Source of the DNA: Pelagibacteraceae bacterium AG-426-M19
GTDB taxonomy: Bacteria; Pseudomonadota; Alphaproteobacteria; Pelagibacterales; Pelagibacteraceae
NCBI GenBank assembly: GCA_003210025.1
Contig: QCNW01000006.1
Location: 23,077 to 87,076, forward strand
DNA: 64,000 bases
Direction of reading: 5' to 3'
In this document: in pieces, positions 19,719 to 29,615 of the stretch
Position numbering within the stretch: the stretch's first letter is position 1
Layout of the letters: every line of letters begins with the position of its first letter
The notes under the pieces: generated by a model
The model's database searches: none
Told to the model about the DNA's origin: nothing
What the model saw: only the letters and a program-made list of their open reading frames with translations
Program-made: the position numbers and the translations under genes

Positions 19719-20670
19719 ATATATTTTAATTGTACTTGGTGAGCCGTACAGCACTTTCTCAGAAATTATTGGAAAATATTTTGCTAAAAAAAGAATAATA
19801 AAAAAAAAAATTATTCTAATAGGTAATAAAAATTTGCTTTTAGGACAATTGAGTAAATTAAATTATGTTTTAAAATTAAATGAAATTTTAAAAATTGATG
19901 ATGCAAGAAGAGATATAGTAAATATAATTAACATCGAATTTAAGTTCAAAAAAATATTTGATGATGTTTCAAAAAAGTCTAACAATTATATTGAAAAAAG
20001 TTTTAATACAGCATTAGATATTTTAAAGCACAATAATAATCAAAGTATATTAATCAATGGACCTATTTCAAAAAAGACTTATTTGAATAAAAAATTCCTT
20101 GGCATAACTGAATATCTCGCTAATAAAACATCCACCAAAGATGAACTTATGCTGATATATAATGATAAATTATCTGTCTCACCCATAACAACACATGTGC
20201 CTATTAAATATGTAACAAAAAAAATAAACAAAATTAAGATAATAAAGCATTTAATAAAAATTAATAATTTTTATAAAAAAATATTTAACAAAAAAATTTA
20301 TATAGCTGTGCTGGGACTAAATCCTCATTGTGAGACTGTAGACAAATTTAGTGAAGAAGAAAAAATAATCAAACCAGCGATCACTTTCTTAAAAAATAAA
20401 GGTTTAAAAGTAAATGGACCCTATCCGGCAGATACTTTCTTTATAAAAAAAAATATTAAAAAATATGATGTTGTTATCGGCATGTATCATGATCAGGTTT
20501 TAACACCCTTAAAAACCTTGTATAATTTTAAAGCAATTAATTTAACAATCGGACTACCTTTTGTAAGAATATCTCCTGATCATGGACCAAATTCAAAAAT
20601 GCTAGGGAAAAATAAATCCGATCCTGCTTCTTTTTTTTATGCAATGAAATTTATTGAGAAAATTAAATAA
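19708..20670 (+). CDS. pdxA: 4-hydroxythreonine-4-phosphate dehydrogenase
   Basis: ITTHVP, GLNPH, GPYPADT, MYHDQ, RISPDHG. Confidence 0.93.
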   Translation: MNTKYILIVLGEPYSTFSEIIGKYFAKKRIIKKKIILIGNKNLLLGQLSKLNYVLKLNEILKIDDARRDIVNIINIEFKFKKIFDDVSKKSNNYIEKSFNTALDILKHNNNQSILINGPISKKTYLNKKFLGITEYLANKTSTKDELMLIYNDKLSVSPITTHVPIKYVTKKINKIKIIKHLIKINNFYKKIFNKKIYIAVLGLNPHCETVDKFSEEEKIIKPAITFLKNKGLKVNGPYPADTFFIKKNIKKYDVVIGMYHDQVLTPLKTLYNFKAINLTIGLPFVRISPDHGPNSKMLGKNKSDPASFFYAMKFIEKIK

Positions 20671-20672
20671 AT

Positions 20673-21458
20673 ATGTATCCAAAAAAAAGTTTAGGTCAAA
20701 ACTTTTTAAAAGATTCAATTATATTATCAAAAATTGCAGATTTAGGATCAATTTCAAAAAATGATACAGTTTTAGAAATTGGACCAGGGACAGGTAATTT
20801 AACAAATGAATTAATAAAGAGAAATCCTAAAAAATTAATTGTGGTGGAAAAAGATGAATATTTATCAAATATGCTACAATTAAAGTTTAGAAAAAAAGTA
20901 AATATAATTAATAAAGATATTTTGACATGCTTCAAAGATTTTCGATATGATACTCCAATAACAGTATACGGAAACTTGCCATATAATATATCAACCAAAA
21001 TATTAATTTCTTTTTTAAAGATGGAGAACTTAAATAAAATATTTAATAAGTTTATTTTTGTTTTTCAAAAAGAGGTAGCAGAAAGAATTGTGGCTCTAGA
21101 AAATACAAAAAATTATGGAAGACTTTCAATATTAACATCTTGGAAAATGAATGCTGAAAAAATATTTGATATTAATCCTAATTATTTTTACCCAATACCA
21201 AGAGTATGGAGTTCATTAATAACTTTAAGTCCTAAATCAAAAATAGCAAATTTAAAAAAAACCAATTGTCTTGAACATGTTACTAATATTTTTTTTAATC
21301 AAAGACGAAAAATGATTCGAAAGCCTATGAAACAACTTTTTAAAGATTATGAAAATATTGCAAAAAATCTTAAATTAGATCTAAGTTTAAGACCACAAAA
21401 TATCTCAAAAACAAAATATATTGAAATATGCAAAATTTACGAGAAATTAATTAAGTAG
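20673..21458 (+). CDS. rsmA: 16S rRNA m6(2)A dimethyltransferase
   Basis: [41 protein letters not shown]. Confidence 0.95.
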   Translation: MYPKKSLGQNFLKDSIILSKIADLGSISKNDTVLEIGPGTGNLTNELIKRNPKKLIVVEKDEYLSNMLQLKFRKKVNIINKDILTCFKDFRYDTPITVYGNLPYNISTKILISFLKMENLNKIFNKFIFVFQKEVAERIVALENTKNYGRLSILTSWKMNAEKIFDINPNYFYPIPRVWSSLITLSPKSKIANLKKTNCLEHVTNIFFNQRRKMIRKPMKQLFKDYENIAKNLKLDLSLRPQNISKTKYIEICKIYEKLIK

Positions 21459-22070
21459 TCTCTTCACATGTAGTTCAATAAAATTTTTATCAAAAGATAC
21501 TTTTTTATTACTTTTAATCCTATTTAAAATTTCCTTATAACAAACTTTTAAGTCATCATTAATAATTACAAAATCATACTCCCTCCATTTTAATAAATCT
21601 CTATTAAATTCTTTCATTCTTTTTTTTACAGTTTTCATATTTTTTTTCTCTCTTTTCAAAAGTCTTTTAATAAGTTCATCTTTTGACGGTGGTAATATAA
21701 AAATTGTTAGAAGTTTGTATTTAAGTTTTTTGTTTCTAATCTGTCTGGTGCCTTGCCAATCAATGTCAAATACAACATTCTGCCCTTTTTTTAATTTTTC
21801 AATAACTTTTTTTTTTGATGATCCATAATAATTATCGAATACTTTAGCGTGTTCTAGAAATTCTCCTTTTTTTATAAGTTTTTTAAAATTATTTTTTGAG
21901 ACAAAATAATAATCTTTTGCATTTTTTTCATTTGGTCTTGGTGACCGAGTAGTATGAGAAATCGAGACTGAAAAATTTCTATTTTTTGAGATTTTCTTTA
22001 CAAGTGTTGTTTTACCAGCACCTGATGGTGATGATAGAATAAATATTCCACCTTTTTGAAAGCTGGACAT
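21447..22070 (-). CDS. gmk: Guanylate kinase
   Basis: [37 protein letters not shown]. Confidence 0.96.
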   Translation of the reverse strand: MSSFQKGGIFILSSPSGAGKTTLVKKISKNRNFSVSISHTTRSPRPNEKNAKDYYFVSKNNFKKLIKKGEFLEHAKVFDNYYGSSKKKVIEKLKKGQNVVFDIDWQGTRQIRNKKLKYKLLTIFILPPSKDELIKRLLKREKKNMKTVKKRMKEFNRDLLKWREYDFVIINDDLKVCYKEILNRIKSNKKVSFDKNFIELHVKRLLN

Positions 22071-22082
22071 TTAATATTAAAT

Positions 22083-22322
22083 TTAATTTGCTTTATTCTC
22101 AATAAATTTTACAGCATCACCAACAGTTAAAATTTTTTCTGCATCGCTGTCTGAAATTTCTGAGCCAAATTCTTCCTCGAATGCCATCACTAGTTCTACA
22201 GTATCTAGACTATCTGCACCTAAGTCATCAATAAAACTTGATTCTTCTGTTACTTTTGACTCATCTATTCCGAGGTGATCTGCAACAATTTTTTTTACTT
22301 TATTTGAAATATCTTCTGACAT
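22083..22322 (-). CDS. acpP: Acyl carrier protein
   Basis: [20 protein letters not shown]. Confidence 0.98.
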   Translation of the reverse strand: MSEDISNKVKKIVADHLGIDESKVTEESSFIDDLGADSLDTVELVMAFEEEFGSEISDSDAEKILTVGDAVKFIENKAN

Positions 22323-22370
22323 AATTTTATCTTATAATTAATTTTGTTAATAAATAATTATATAACTTTG

Positions 22371-23108
22371 TCAACTAAAATACATGCCACCATTAACGTG
22401 GATTGTTTCACCTGTAATATAATCTGACAATTCAGAAGATAAAAAAGTCACGACATTAGCTACATCTTCAGGAATTCCAAATCTTCCTAAAGGAATTTTT
22501 TCTTGCATAACTTTTTTATGATTATCATTTATTTTATCAGTCATTTCTGACTTGATAAAACCAGGGGATATACAATTTACTTTAATATTTTTTTTACCAT
22601 ATTCTTGAGCTAAACTCTTAGACATTCCAATTAATCCAGCTTTTGAGGCAGCATAATTTACCTGGCCTATATTGCCAGTATGGCCAACTATTGATGTAAT
22701 ATTTATAATCTTACCCTCTTTCTTTTTTAACATTTTCTTTATAACGAATTTGCTTAGCAAAAAAGAGGATGTTAAATTAATATCCATTACTCTATTCCAT
22801 TCCTCTTCCTTCATCCTTATTGACAAATTATCTAAAGTAATTCCTGCATTATTAATTAATACATCTATTTTGTTTTCAAACGCATTTTGACAATCTTCTA
22901 TGAATCCTTCAATCAAATCATGATTTGATATATCAAACTTTTTAACAATAATATTTGAATATTTTTCTTTGATGCTGTCTAGTTTATTTTGATTTGTTCC
23001 AGTTGCTATTATATTTGCGCTTACAGAATTTAATTTTTCTAATATAGATCCACCTATTGCTCCAGTTGAGCCAGTTAATATGATATTAGTATTTTTTAAA
23101 TCAATCAT
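22371..23108 (-). CDS. fabG: 3-oxoacyl-ACP reductase
   Basis: NNAGIT.D, GNIGQVNYAASKAG, SPGFIKSEMT, GETIHVNGGM. Confidence 0.95.
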   Translation of the reverse strand: MIDLKNTNIILTGSTGAIGGSILEKLNSVSANIIATGTNQNKLDSIKEKYSNIIVKKFDISNHDLIEGFIEDCQNAFENKIDVLINNAGITLDNLSIRMKEEEWNRVMDINLTSSFLLSKFVIKKMLKKKEGKIINITSIVGHTGNIGQVNYAASKAGLIGMSKSLAQEYGKKNIKVNCISPGFIKSEMTDKINDNHKKVMQEKIPLGRFGIPEDVANVVTFLSSELSDYITGETIHVNGGMYFS

Positions 23109-24030
23109 TTATTAAATTTTTAGCATCTAACAAATTATTTACCTGATTTAATTTAACATTTCTATCAATTCTTTTTACTAATCCAGATAATACTTTTCCA
23201 GGTCCCATTTCAATAAAATTCTTAACTCCTAAATTAATCATATTATTTATACTTTCTCTCCATCTAACTGGTTTTTCTATTTGTTCAATCAAAAGTTTTT
23301 TTATAACTTCAGAATCTTTTAATGGTTTTGCTGTTACGTTTGAAATAATACTTATAATTGGATTTTTAAATTGTGTTTCTTGAATTATTGTTTTCATTTT
23401 TTTTGTTGCATTTATCATTAAAGGACAATGAAATGGAGCACTGACAGGTAACCTCACATTTTTAATTTTCATTTTTTTTAATTCATTTTCAAATAATTCG
23501 AGATCTTTCAATTTTCCACTAATAACAATTTGACCATTAGAATTATCATTGGCTATATAACATGATAAATTGTCCTCTTTTTCTTTTAAAATTCTTTTAA
23601 TTTGGTCTATGCTTTCTCCAAGAATTGCTACCATTCCCCCTTCTCCTGCAGGAAAGGCATTTTGCATTGCTTCACCTCTATATTTTAATAATCTAATTGT
23701 TTGATCAAAAGAAATTGATTCGGCGCAACAAAGAGCAGAATATTCTCCAAGAGAATGACCAGCGAAGAACTTTGCTTCACTTAATCTAAAATTAGTCTCT
23801 TTTTCTATAACTTTAAAAATTGAGTAACTTACTAAAAAAATTGCTGGTTGAGTATTTTCAGTTTGATCTAACTCTTCTTTTGGTCCATCAAAAATGGTTT
23901 TGCTAATATTTTTATTTAAAATTTCATTAGCATTTAAAAAATAGTCCCTTACATAACTAAAATTTTGAAAAAGCTCTTTTGCCATACCAATAGTTTGCGA
24001 ACCTTGACCTGGAAATAATATTGAAAACAT
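23101..24030 (-). CDS. fabD: Malonyl-CoA:ACP transacylase
   Basis: FPGQGSQ, TQPAI, AGHSLGEY, VSAPFHC, GPGKVLSGL. Confidence 0.96.
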   Translation of the reverse strand: MFSILFPGQGSQTIGMAKELFQNFSYVRDYFLNANEILNKNISKTIFDGPKEELDQTENTQPAIFLVSYSIFKVIEKETNFRLSEAKFFAGHSLGEYSALCCAESISFDQTIRLLKYRGEAMQNAFPAGEGGMVAILGESIDQIKRILKEKEDNLSCYIANDNSNGQIVISGKLKDLELFENELKKMKIKNVRLPVSAPFHCPLMINATKKMKTIIQETQFKNPIISIISNVTAKPLKDSEVIKKLLIEQIEKPVRWRESINNMINLGVKNFIEMGPGKVLSGLVKRIDRNVKLNQVNNLLDAKNLIND

Positions 24031-24062
24031 AAAAATGTAAATAAATTAAGTGTTTTTTTATA

Positions 24063-24091
24063 TTGTAATTAAAAATTTATAATAGTATATC
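24063..24091 (+). promoter_or_regulatory. Candidate sigma-70 promoter for rpsF-rpsR-rplI
   Basis: TTGTAA (24063-24068), 17-bp spacer, TATATC (24086-24091); the region is AT-rich, so support is moderate. Confidence 0.45.
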
Positions 24092-24113
24092 CTCACTTTT
24101 TCTATAAAATTTT

Positions 24114-24452
24114 ATGAACTTTTACGAACATACAATAATAACTAGACAGGATATATCTCCTAGTCAAATTAAACAAATACAAGATAAATACACTAAGATA
24201 ATAGAGGGGAATGAGGGAGATATTTTAAAATTTGAGAGCTGGGGATTATTGCATCTTTCTTATTTAATTAAGAAAAATAAAAAAGGAAATTACTTACATT
24301 TTAAAATAAAAGGCAATGGAAAAACTATACAAGAATTGGAAAAAAATGAAAAAATTGATAAGAATTTATTAAGATATTTAACAGTGAAAGTTAAAGAACT
24401 TGATCTTGAAACTGACTATTTCAAAAAAAATGATGAGGATTTAAAAAAGTAA
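24114..24452 (+). CDS. rpsF: 30S ribosomal protein S6
   Basis: FYEHTII, ESWGLLHLSYLIKK, LLRYL; rpsF-rpsR-rplI order. Confidence 0.92.
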   Translation: MNFYEHTIITRQDISPSQIKQIQDKYTKIIEGNEGDILKFESWGLLHLSYLIKKNKKGNYLHFKIKGNGKTIQELEKNEKIDKNLLRYLTVKVKELDLETDYFKKNDEDLKK

Positions 24453-24460
24453 GAATATAG

Positions 24461-24730
24461 ATGAAAAGAAAAAATATAAAAAAAAAAAATTCCCAAAATA
24501 ACTTTTCTAAGCTTAGTGTTTTTCAAAATCAAAAGTACAAGTTTAAAAAGAAATGTCCATTATCAGGTAAAGGGGCTCCAAAAATAGATTATAAAAATAT
24601 AAAACTACTTAAGAGATACATATCTGAGAATGGTAAAATTTTACCTTCACGAATTACTTCTGTAAGTCAAAAAAAGCAGAGAGATCTTTCTTTATCAATT
24701 AAAAGAGCCAGAAATTTAGCATTAATATAA
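24461..24730 (+). CDS. rpsR: 30S ribosomal protein S18
   Basis: [37 protein letters not shown]. Confidence 0.96.
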   Translation: MKRKNIKKKNSQNNFSKLSVFQNQKYKFKKKCPLSGKGAPKIDYKNIKLLKRYISENGKILPSRITSVSQKKQRDLSLSIKRARNLALI

Positions 24731-25188
24731 TGAAAGTAATTTTGTTAGAGAATGTAAGAAAAGTTGGCTCGATCGGAGAAATAATAGACGTAAAAAGAGG
24801 TTATGCAAGAAATTTTTTGATTGCAAAAAAAAAAGCTCTATTTGCCTCAAAAGAAAATATTAAAGAAGTTGAAAAATTAAAAACTGAACTAGGCAAAAAA
24901 GATTTGGATAAAAAAAATGCCGCTAAAGAAATAAATGAAACTCTTAAAAATAAAGAATTTTTAGTAAAGAAATTAAGTACTGAGAATCGTGAGTTGTATG
25001 GTTCTGTAAAACCTACGGAGATATCAAAACTTATTAAGGATTTAGAAAATATCGAAATAAATCCATCAATGATACAACCTACTAAAGAAATAAAAACTTT
25101 AGGATCATTTGATGTATTATTAAACCTTCATTCTGAAGTACAGTCACAAATAAAAATTAAAGTTGTAGCACTAGAAGAAAATTCATAA
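24730..25188 (+). CDS. rplI: 50S ribosomal protein L9
   Basis: MKVILLE, VKRGYARNFL, LYGSV, LHSEV. Confidence 0.96.
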   Translation: MKVILLENVRKVGSIGEIIDVKRGYARNFLIAKKKALFASKENIKEVEKLKTELGKKDLDKKNAAKEINETLKNKEFLVKKLSTENRELYGSVKPTEISKLIKDLENIEINPSMIQPTKEIKTLGSFDVLLNLHSEVQSQIKIKVVALEENS

Positions 25189-25254
25189 TTATACATTTTT
25201 TTCCCCAACAAATAATATCTTTTGTTTTAAAACTAAAATTGTTTAGATTACCGT

Positions 25255-26670
25255 GTGTCTCAACCTATAAATATTTTAAAAAGTAAAGCTGATGAACTAC
25301 CAAACAACATTGAGGCTGAACAATCAGTAATTGGATCAATATTATTAAGCAACGAAATTTTTGACGATATTAATTTAATAATCTCTGCTAAAAATTTTTA
25401 TGATCCAGTCCATATGAAAATTTTCCAAGCATTAGAAAAATTAATATTTGGAGGTCTTTTAGCAAATCCGATAACTTTAAAAAATTATTTTGAGAAAGAA
25501 AAAGATGATTTAAATATCCCTGAGTATTTAGTAAAAATTACTAAATTTTCTACTTCATCTAGACAAGCAATTGAATATTCAAAATTAATTTTTGATTTAT
25601 ATGTAAAAAGAGAGTTAATAAAAATTTCAGGAGAGGTAATTGATCAAGCAAAACTGGGTGATCTAAATTATGATGGGCAAAAAATAATTGAAAATTATGA
25701 AAAATCATTATTTGATCTAGCTGAAAAAGGATCTTTCAGTTCTTCTTTAATAAAGTTCGATGAAGCTATGAGACAAACTATTGAAATGGCATCAAGCGCA
25801 TATAAAAATGAAGAAGGTATTGTGGGAGTTCCGACGGGACTTAAAGATTTAGATGATAGATTAGGTGGTTTACACAAGTCAGATCTTATAATTATAGCAG
25901 GAAGGCCTTCAATGGGTAAAACAGCTTTAGCCACTAACATTGCTTTTAATGCTGCTAAAAAAATTCAAAATAGTGGTGAAAAAAGTTCAATAGCTTTTTT
26001 TTCTCTTGAAATGTCTTCAGAACAACTCTCAACAAGAATTCTAGCAGAACAATCAAGGATTAAATCCAATGATATTAGAAGGGGCAAGATATCCGAGGAA
26101 CAATTTGATAAATTTATAGAAACCTCAAAAGATATATCAGAATTACCATTATATATTGATGAGACGCCTGCAATAACTATTGCTGCATTAAGCAATAGAG
26201 CAAGAAGAATAAAAAGACTATATGGTCTTGATATGGTGGTAATAGACTATATTCAATTAATGAGAGCTTCAAATTCAAATAATGGAAGAGTACAAGAAAT
26301 ATCAGAAATTACCCAAGGATTAAAAGCACTTGCGAAAGAATTAGCTGTACCTGTATTGGCGCTCTCTCAACTTTCAAGAGCAGTAGAACAAAGAGATGAC
26401 AAAAAACCTCAACTTTCAGATTTAAGAGAATCAGGCTCTATAGAACAAGATGCAGATGTGGTAATGTTTGTTTACAGAGAGGCATATTATTTACAAGGAA
26501 AAGAGCCAAGACCAGCAACAGTAGAGCACGCTGAATGGCAGGCAAAAATGAATGAAGTATCTCATCTAGCTGAATTAATTATCCAAAAACAGAGGCATGG
26601 GCCAACAGGCAATGTAATGCTAGAGTTTGAGGCAATGTTTACTAAATTTAAAGATATTCAAAATAATTAA
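25255..26670 (+). CDS. dnaB: Replicative DNA helicase
   Basis: AGRPSMGKT, FSLEMS, IDYIQL, LSQLSR, LSDLRESGSIEQDAD, KQRHGP. Confidence 0.97.
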   Translation: MSQPINILKSKADELPNNIEAEQSVIGSILLSNEIFDDINLIISAKNFYDPVHMKIFQALEKLIFGGLLANPITLKNYFEKEKDDLNIPEYLVKITKFSTSSRQAIEYSKLIFDLYVKRELIKISGEVIDQAKLGDLNYDGQKIIENYEKSLFDLAEKGSFSSSLIKFDEAMRQTIEMASSAYKNEEGIVGVPTGLKDLDDRLGGLHKSDLIIIAGRPSMGKTALATNIAFNAAKKIQNSGEKSSIAFFSLEMSSEQLSTRILAEQSRIKSNDIRRGKISEEQFDKFIETSKDISELPLYIDETPAITIAALSNRARRIKRLYGLDMVVIDYIQLMRASNSNNGRVQEISEITQGLKALAKELAVPVLALSQLSRAVEQRDDKKPQLSDLRESGSIEQDADVVMFVYREAYYLQGKEPRPATVEHAEWQAKMNEVSHLAELIIQKQRHGPTGNVMLEFEAMFTKFKDIQNN

Positions 26671-26694
26671 ATATATTATAAAAGCTAATAGTTG

Positions 26695-29070
26695 ATGTTA
26701 GCTAAATTTTATCAAAATATTGTTTTAAAAAAACCAAGCTTAATTTTAGTTTTATTATTAATTTGTCTATGTTTTTTTGGATATAATTCAAAAAACTTTA
26801 GACTTGATGCATCTTCTGAAACATTACTAATAGAGGGAGATCCTGATTTAAAATATCTTAATGAGATAAATGACAGATATGGTGCAAAAGAATTTTTAGT
26901 TCTCACCTATACTCCCAAAAAAAGTATGATAGATGAAACTTCTATTAAAAGTCTAATAAAACTAAAAAAAGAAATACAACAACTTGATTGGGTTCACAGT
27001 GTAATTACACTATTAGATATTCCATTATTGAGCAGCTCTGATGAGCCGCTTATTGAACGACTACAAAACTATTCAACTCTCAGATCACAAGGAATTGACA
27101 AAGAAAGAGGATTCAATGAAATATTGAATAGTCCTGTTTTCAGAAACTTTGTAATCAGTGAAGATGGAAAAACATCTGGAATTATAGTTTATTTAAAATC
27201 AAAAGATAAAATTGAAAATTTTCAAAATAAAAAAGAAGAAGAGATATATAAAGACAAACTAAAAAAACAAAATCACCAAAATATTTTAGAGATAAGACAA
27301 GTAATAAAAAATTTTAGCTCAGCAAGTAAAATTCATTTAGGAGGAATTCCGATGATTGCTGATGACATGATGACCTTTATAAAAAATGACATCATTGTTT
27401 TTGGTCTTGGAGTTTTTATCTTTATATGTGCTACTCTATGGTATGTTTTCAGAAGATTGATATGGGTAATTGTGCCTATAAGTAGTTGTTTTTTTTCAGT
27501 AGTAATAATGACTGGTCTTTTGGGTCTCTTAGGATGGAAAGTTACTGTTATATCATCTAATTTTATAGCTTTAATGTTGATATTAACAATGGCTATGAAT
27601 ATTCATATTAGCACAAGATATCTTCAGCTTTCAAAACAATTTCCAAGATTAAGCAAATTTAAAATAATTTCTTTAACAACGAGTAAGATGTTCTGGCCCA
27701 TTTTATATACAGCCTTAACAACTATATTTGCTTTTTTATCTTTAATATTCAGTGAGATAAAACCAATTATTGACTTTGGATTTATGATGACTTTTGGTTT
27801 GATTATTTCATTTCTTATTACCTTTAGTTTATTACCAACATTAATTAATTTACTTAAGTTTACTAAAATTTCACTTAAGGAAGAAAAGGGATCTATTATA
27901 ACAAATTTTTTTGGTAAAATTTCAGTTTCAAATCAAAATACTATTTTTGCAACAACAATAATTATTATATTTCTAAGTATAGCTGGGATCTCAAAGCTTG
28001 AGGTAGAAAATAGTTTTATAAATTATTTTGATAAAAATACAGAAATATACAAAGGTATGAAACTTATTGATGAAAAATTGGGAGGCACTACACCCCTTGA
28101 AATAATTTTAAAATTCCCAAAACAAGATGAGAGTGATCAAAAATCAGAAGATGAAGAAGATGATTGGGGAGATGAAGATGAAAATGATGATAAATATTGG
28201 TTTACTAAAGATAAAATAAATAAAATAAAAAAAGTTCATACTTACTTAGACTCTTTAGAACCTGTTGGTAAAGTTCTTTCTTTTTCCTCAATTATTGAAG
28301 TTGCCACTCAACTAAATAACAATAAAGAACTAGGCTCTCTAGAAATGGGTGTATTGTACACAAAAATACCAGACAATATCAAAAAAGAGATTGTAGATCC
28401 TTATATTTCGATAGAAGACTCTGAAGCTAGAATAAGTTTAAGAATAAAAGACTCTTTAGATAATTTAAGAAGAAATGATTTATTGATAAAAATAAATTCT
28501 GATCTTGAAAATAAATTAGATTTAAAAAAAGATGAATTTAAGTTGGGAGGTGTGTTGATTCTTTTTAATAATCTATTACAAAGTTTATTTAAATCTCAAA
28601 TTTTAACCCTTGGATTTGTTATGCTTGGAATTTTTATAATGTTTATAATTCTATTTAAAAATTTAAAATTAGCTTTAATAGGTGTTGTTCCAAATTTTAT
28701 AGCAGCTTTTTTTATATTAGGATTGATAGGATTGTTAGGAATTCCACTTGATATGATGACAATTACAATAGCCGCCATAACTATAGGTATAGCTGTAGAT
28801 AATAGCATTCATTATATTTATAGATTTAAAGAGGAGTATGCAAAGTTAAGAAATTACAATAGAACATTAAAATTATGTCACTCAACTGTCGGTAAAGCTA
28901 TTTTAAATACGTCAATTACAATAGTTTTTGGATTTTCAATTTTAGTAATGTCAAATTTTATACCAACAATTTACTTTGGTTTATTCACGGGGATTGCTAT
29001 GTTGCTTGCAATGGTTTCGGTTTTAACACTTTTACCTTCTTTATTGCTTAAAATTAAACCATTCAATTAA
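26695..29070 (+). CDS. RND/MMPL-family exporter
   Basis: Two repeats of TM + periplasmic loop + 5 TM; GIAVDNSIHY, LTLLPSLL, GGTTPLEI. Confidence 0.85.
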   Translation: MLAKFYQNIVLKKPSLILVLLLICLCFFGYNSKNFRLDASSETLLIEGDPDLKYLNEINDRYGAKEFLVLTYTPKKSMIDETSIKSLIKLKKEIQQLDWVHSVITLLDIPLLSSSDEPLIERLQNYSTLRSQGIDKERGFNEILNSPVFRNFVISEDGKTSGIIVYLKSKDKIENFQNKKEEEIYKDKLKKQNHQNILEIRQVIKNFSSASKIHLGGIPMIADDMMTFIKNDIIVFGLGVFIFICATLWYVFRRLIWVIVPISSCFFSVVIMTGLLGLLGWKVTVISSNFIALMLILTMAMNIHISTRYLQLSKQFPRLSKFKIISLTTSKMFWPILYTALTTIFAFLSLIFSEIKPIIDFGFMMTFGLIISFLITFSLLPTLINLLKFTKISLKEEKGSIITNFFGKISVSNQNTIFATTIIIIFLSIAGISKLEVENSFINYFDKNTEIYKGMKLIDEKLGGTTPLEIILKFPKQDESDQKSEDEEDDWGDEDENDDKYWFTKDKINKIKKVHTYLDSLEPVGKVLSFSSIIEVATQLNNNKELGSLEMGVLYTKIPDNIKKEIVDPYISIEDSEARISLRIKDSLDNLRRNDLLIKINSDLENKLDLKKDEFKLGGVLILFNNLLQSLFKSQILTLGFVMLGIFIMFIILFKNLKLALIGVVPNFIAAFFILGLIGLLGIPLDMMTITIAAITIGIAVDNSIHYIYRFKEEYAKLRNYNRTLKLCHSTVGKAILNTSITIVFGFSILVMSNFIPTIYFGLFTGIAMLLAMVSVLTLLPSLLLKIKPFN

Positions 29071-29615
29071 TGATTGAAACTATTCAGGAATTTTTAATAC
29101 AAGTAACATTATTCGATTATATTTTTTTTTTATTAACCATTTATTTTTTAATTCAAGGATCTAGAAAAGGTTTTGTTTTAAGTTTATTGTCATCTGCTAA
29201 ATGGATTTTGGCATATATTTTAACAATTTATTTATTTCCGAAAGTAAAACCGTATTTTGAAGGTATTTTAGATAGTGAATATGTTCTTGATTTAATTGTT
29301 GGTGTAATATTATTTATCTTAATATTATTTCTTATTCTTTTAGGAAATAAAGCAATAAGTAAAGTTGTAACCTACACTGGATTAGGTTCAGTCGATAAGG
29401 TTTTTGGCTTTTTCTTTGGAATCGCTAAGAGCTATATTCTAATTGTTTGTTTATTCACCGCTATTGACGTAGTTTACAATAGCAAAAAATGTCCGTTAAA
29501 TTTAAAAGATTCGTTAACATTTCCTTTGGTTGAAAAAGGTAGTATCTATCTTATAAAGGTATTTCCAAATCAAAAACAATATGAAGACGCTAAAGAAAAA
29601 GTTCAAGACGTATAA
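29070..29615 (+). CDS. cvpA: CvpA (colicin V production) family membrane protein
   Basis: FDYIFF..., RKGFV, DKVFGFFFG.AK; directly upstream of purF. Confidence 0.85.
   Translation: MIETIQEFLIQVTLFDYIFFLLTIYFLIQGSRKGFVLSLLSSAKWILAYILTIYLFPKVKPYFEGILDSEYVLDLIVGVILFILILFLILLGNKAISKVVTYTGLGSVDKVFGFFFGIAKSYILIVCLFTAIDVVYNSKKCPLNLKDSLTFPLVEKGSIYLIKVFPNQKQYEDAKEKVQDV

Noticed and set aside
26692-29070. MMPL as a hopanoid exporter (HpnN)
   Set aside because: No hpn or shc genes are in the window and the motifs do not discriminate the subfamily.
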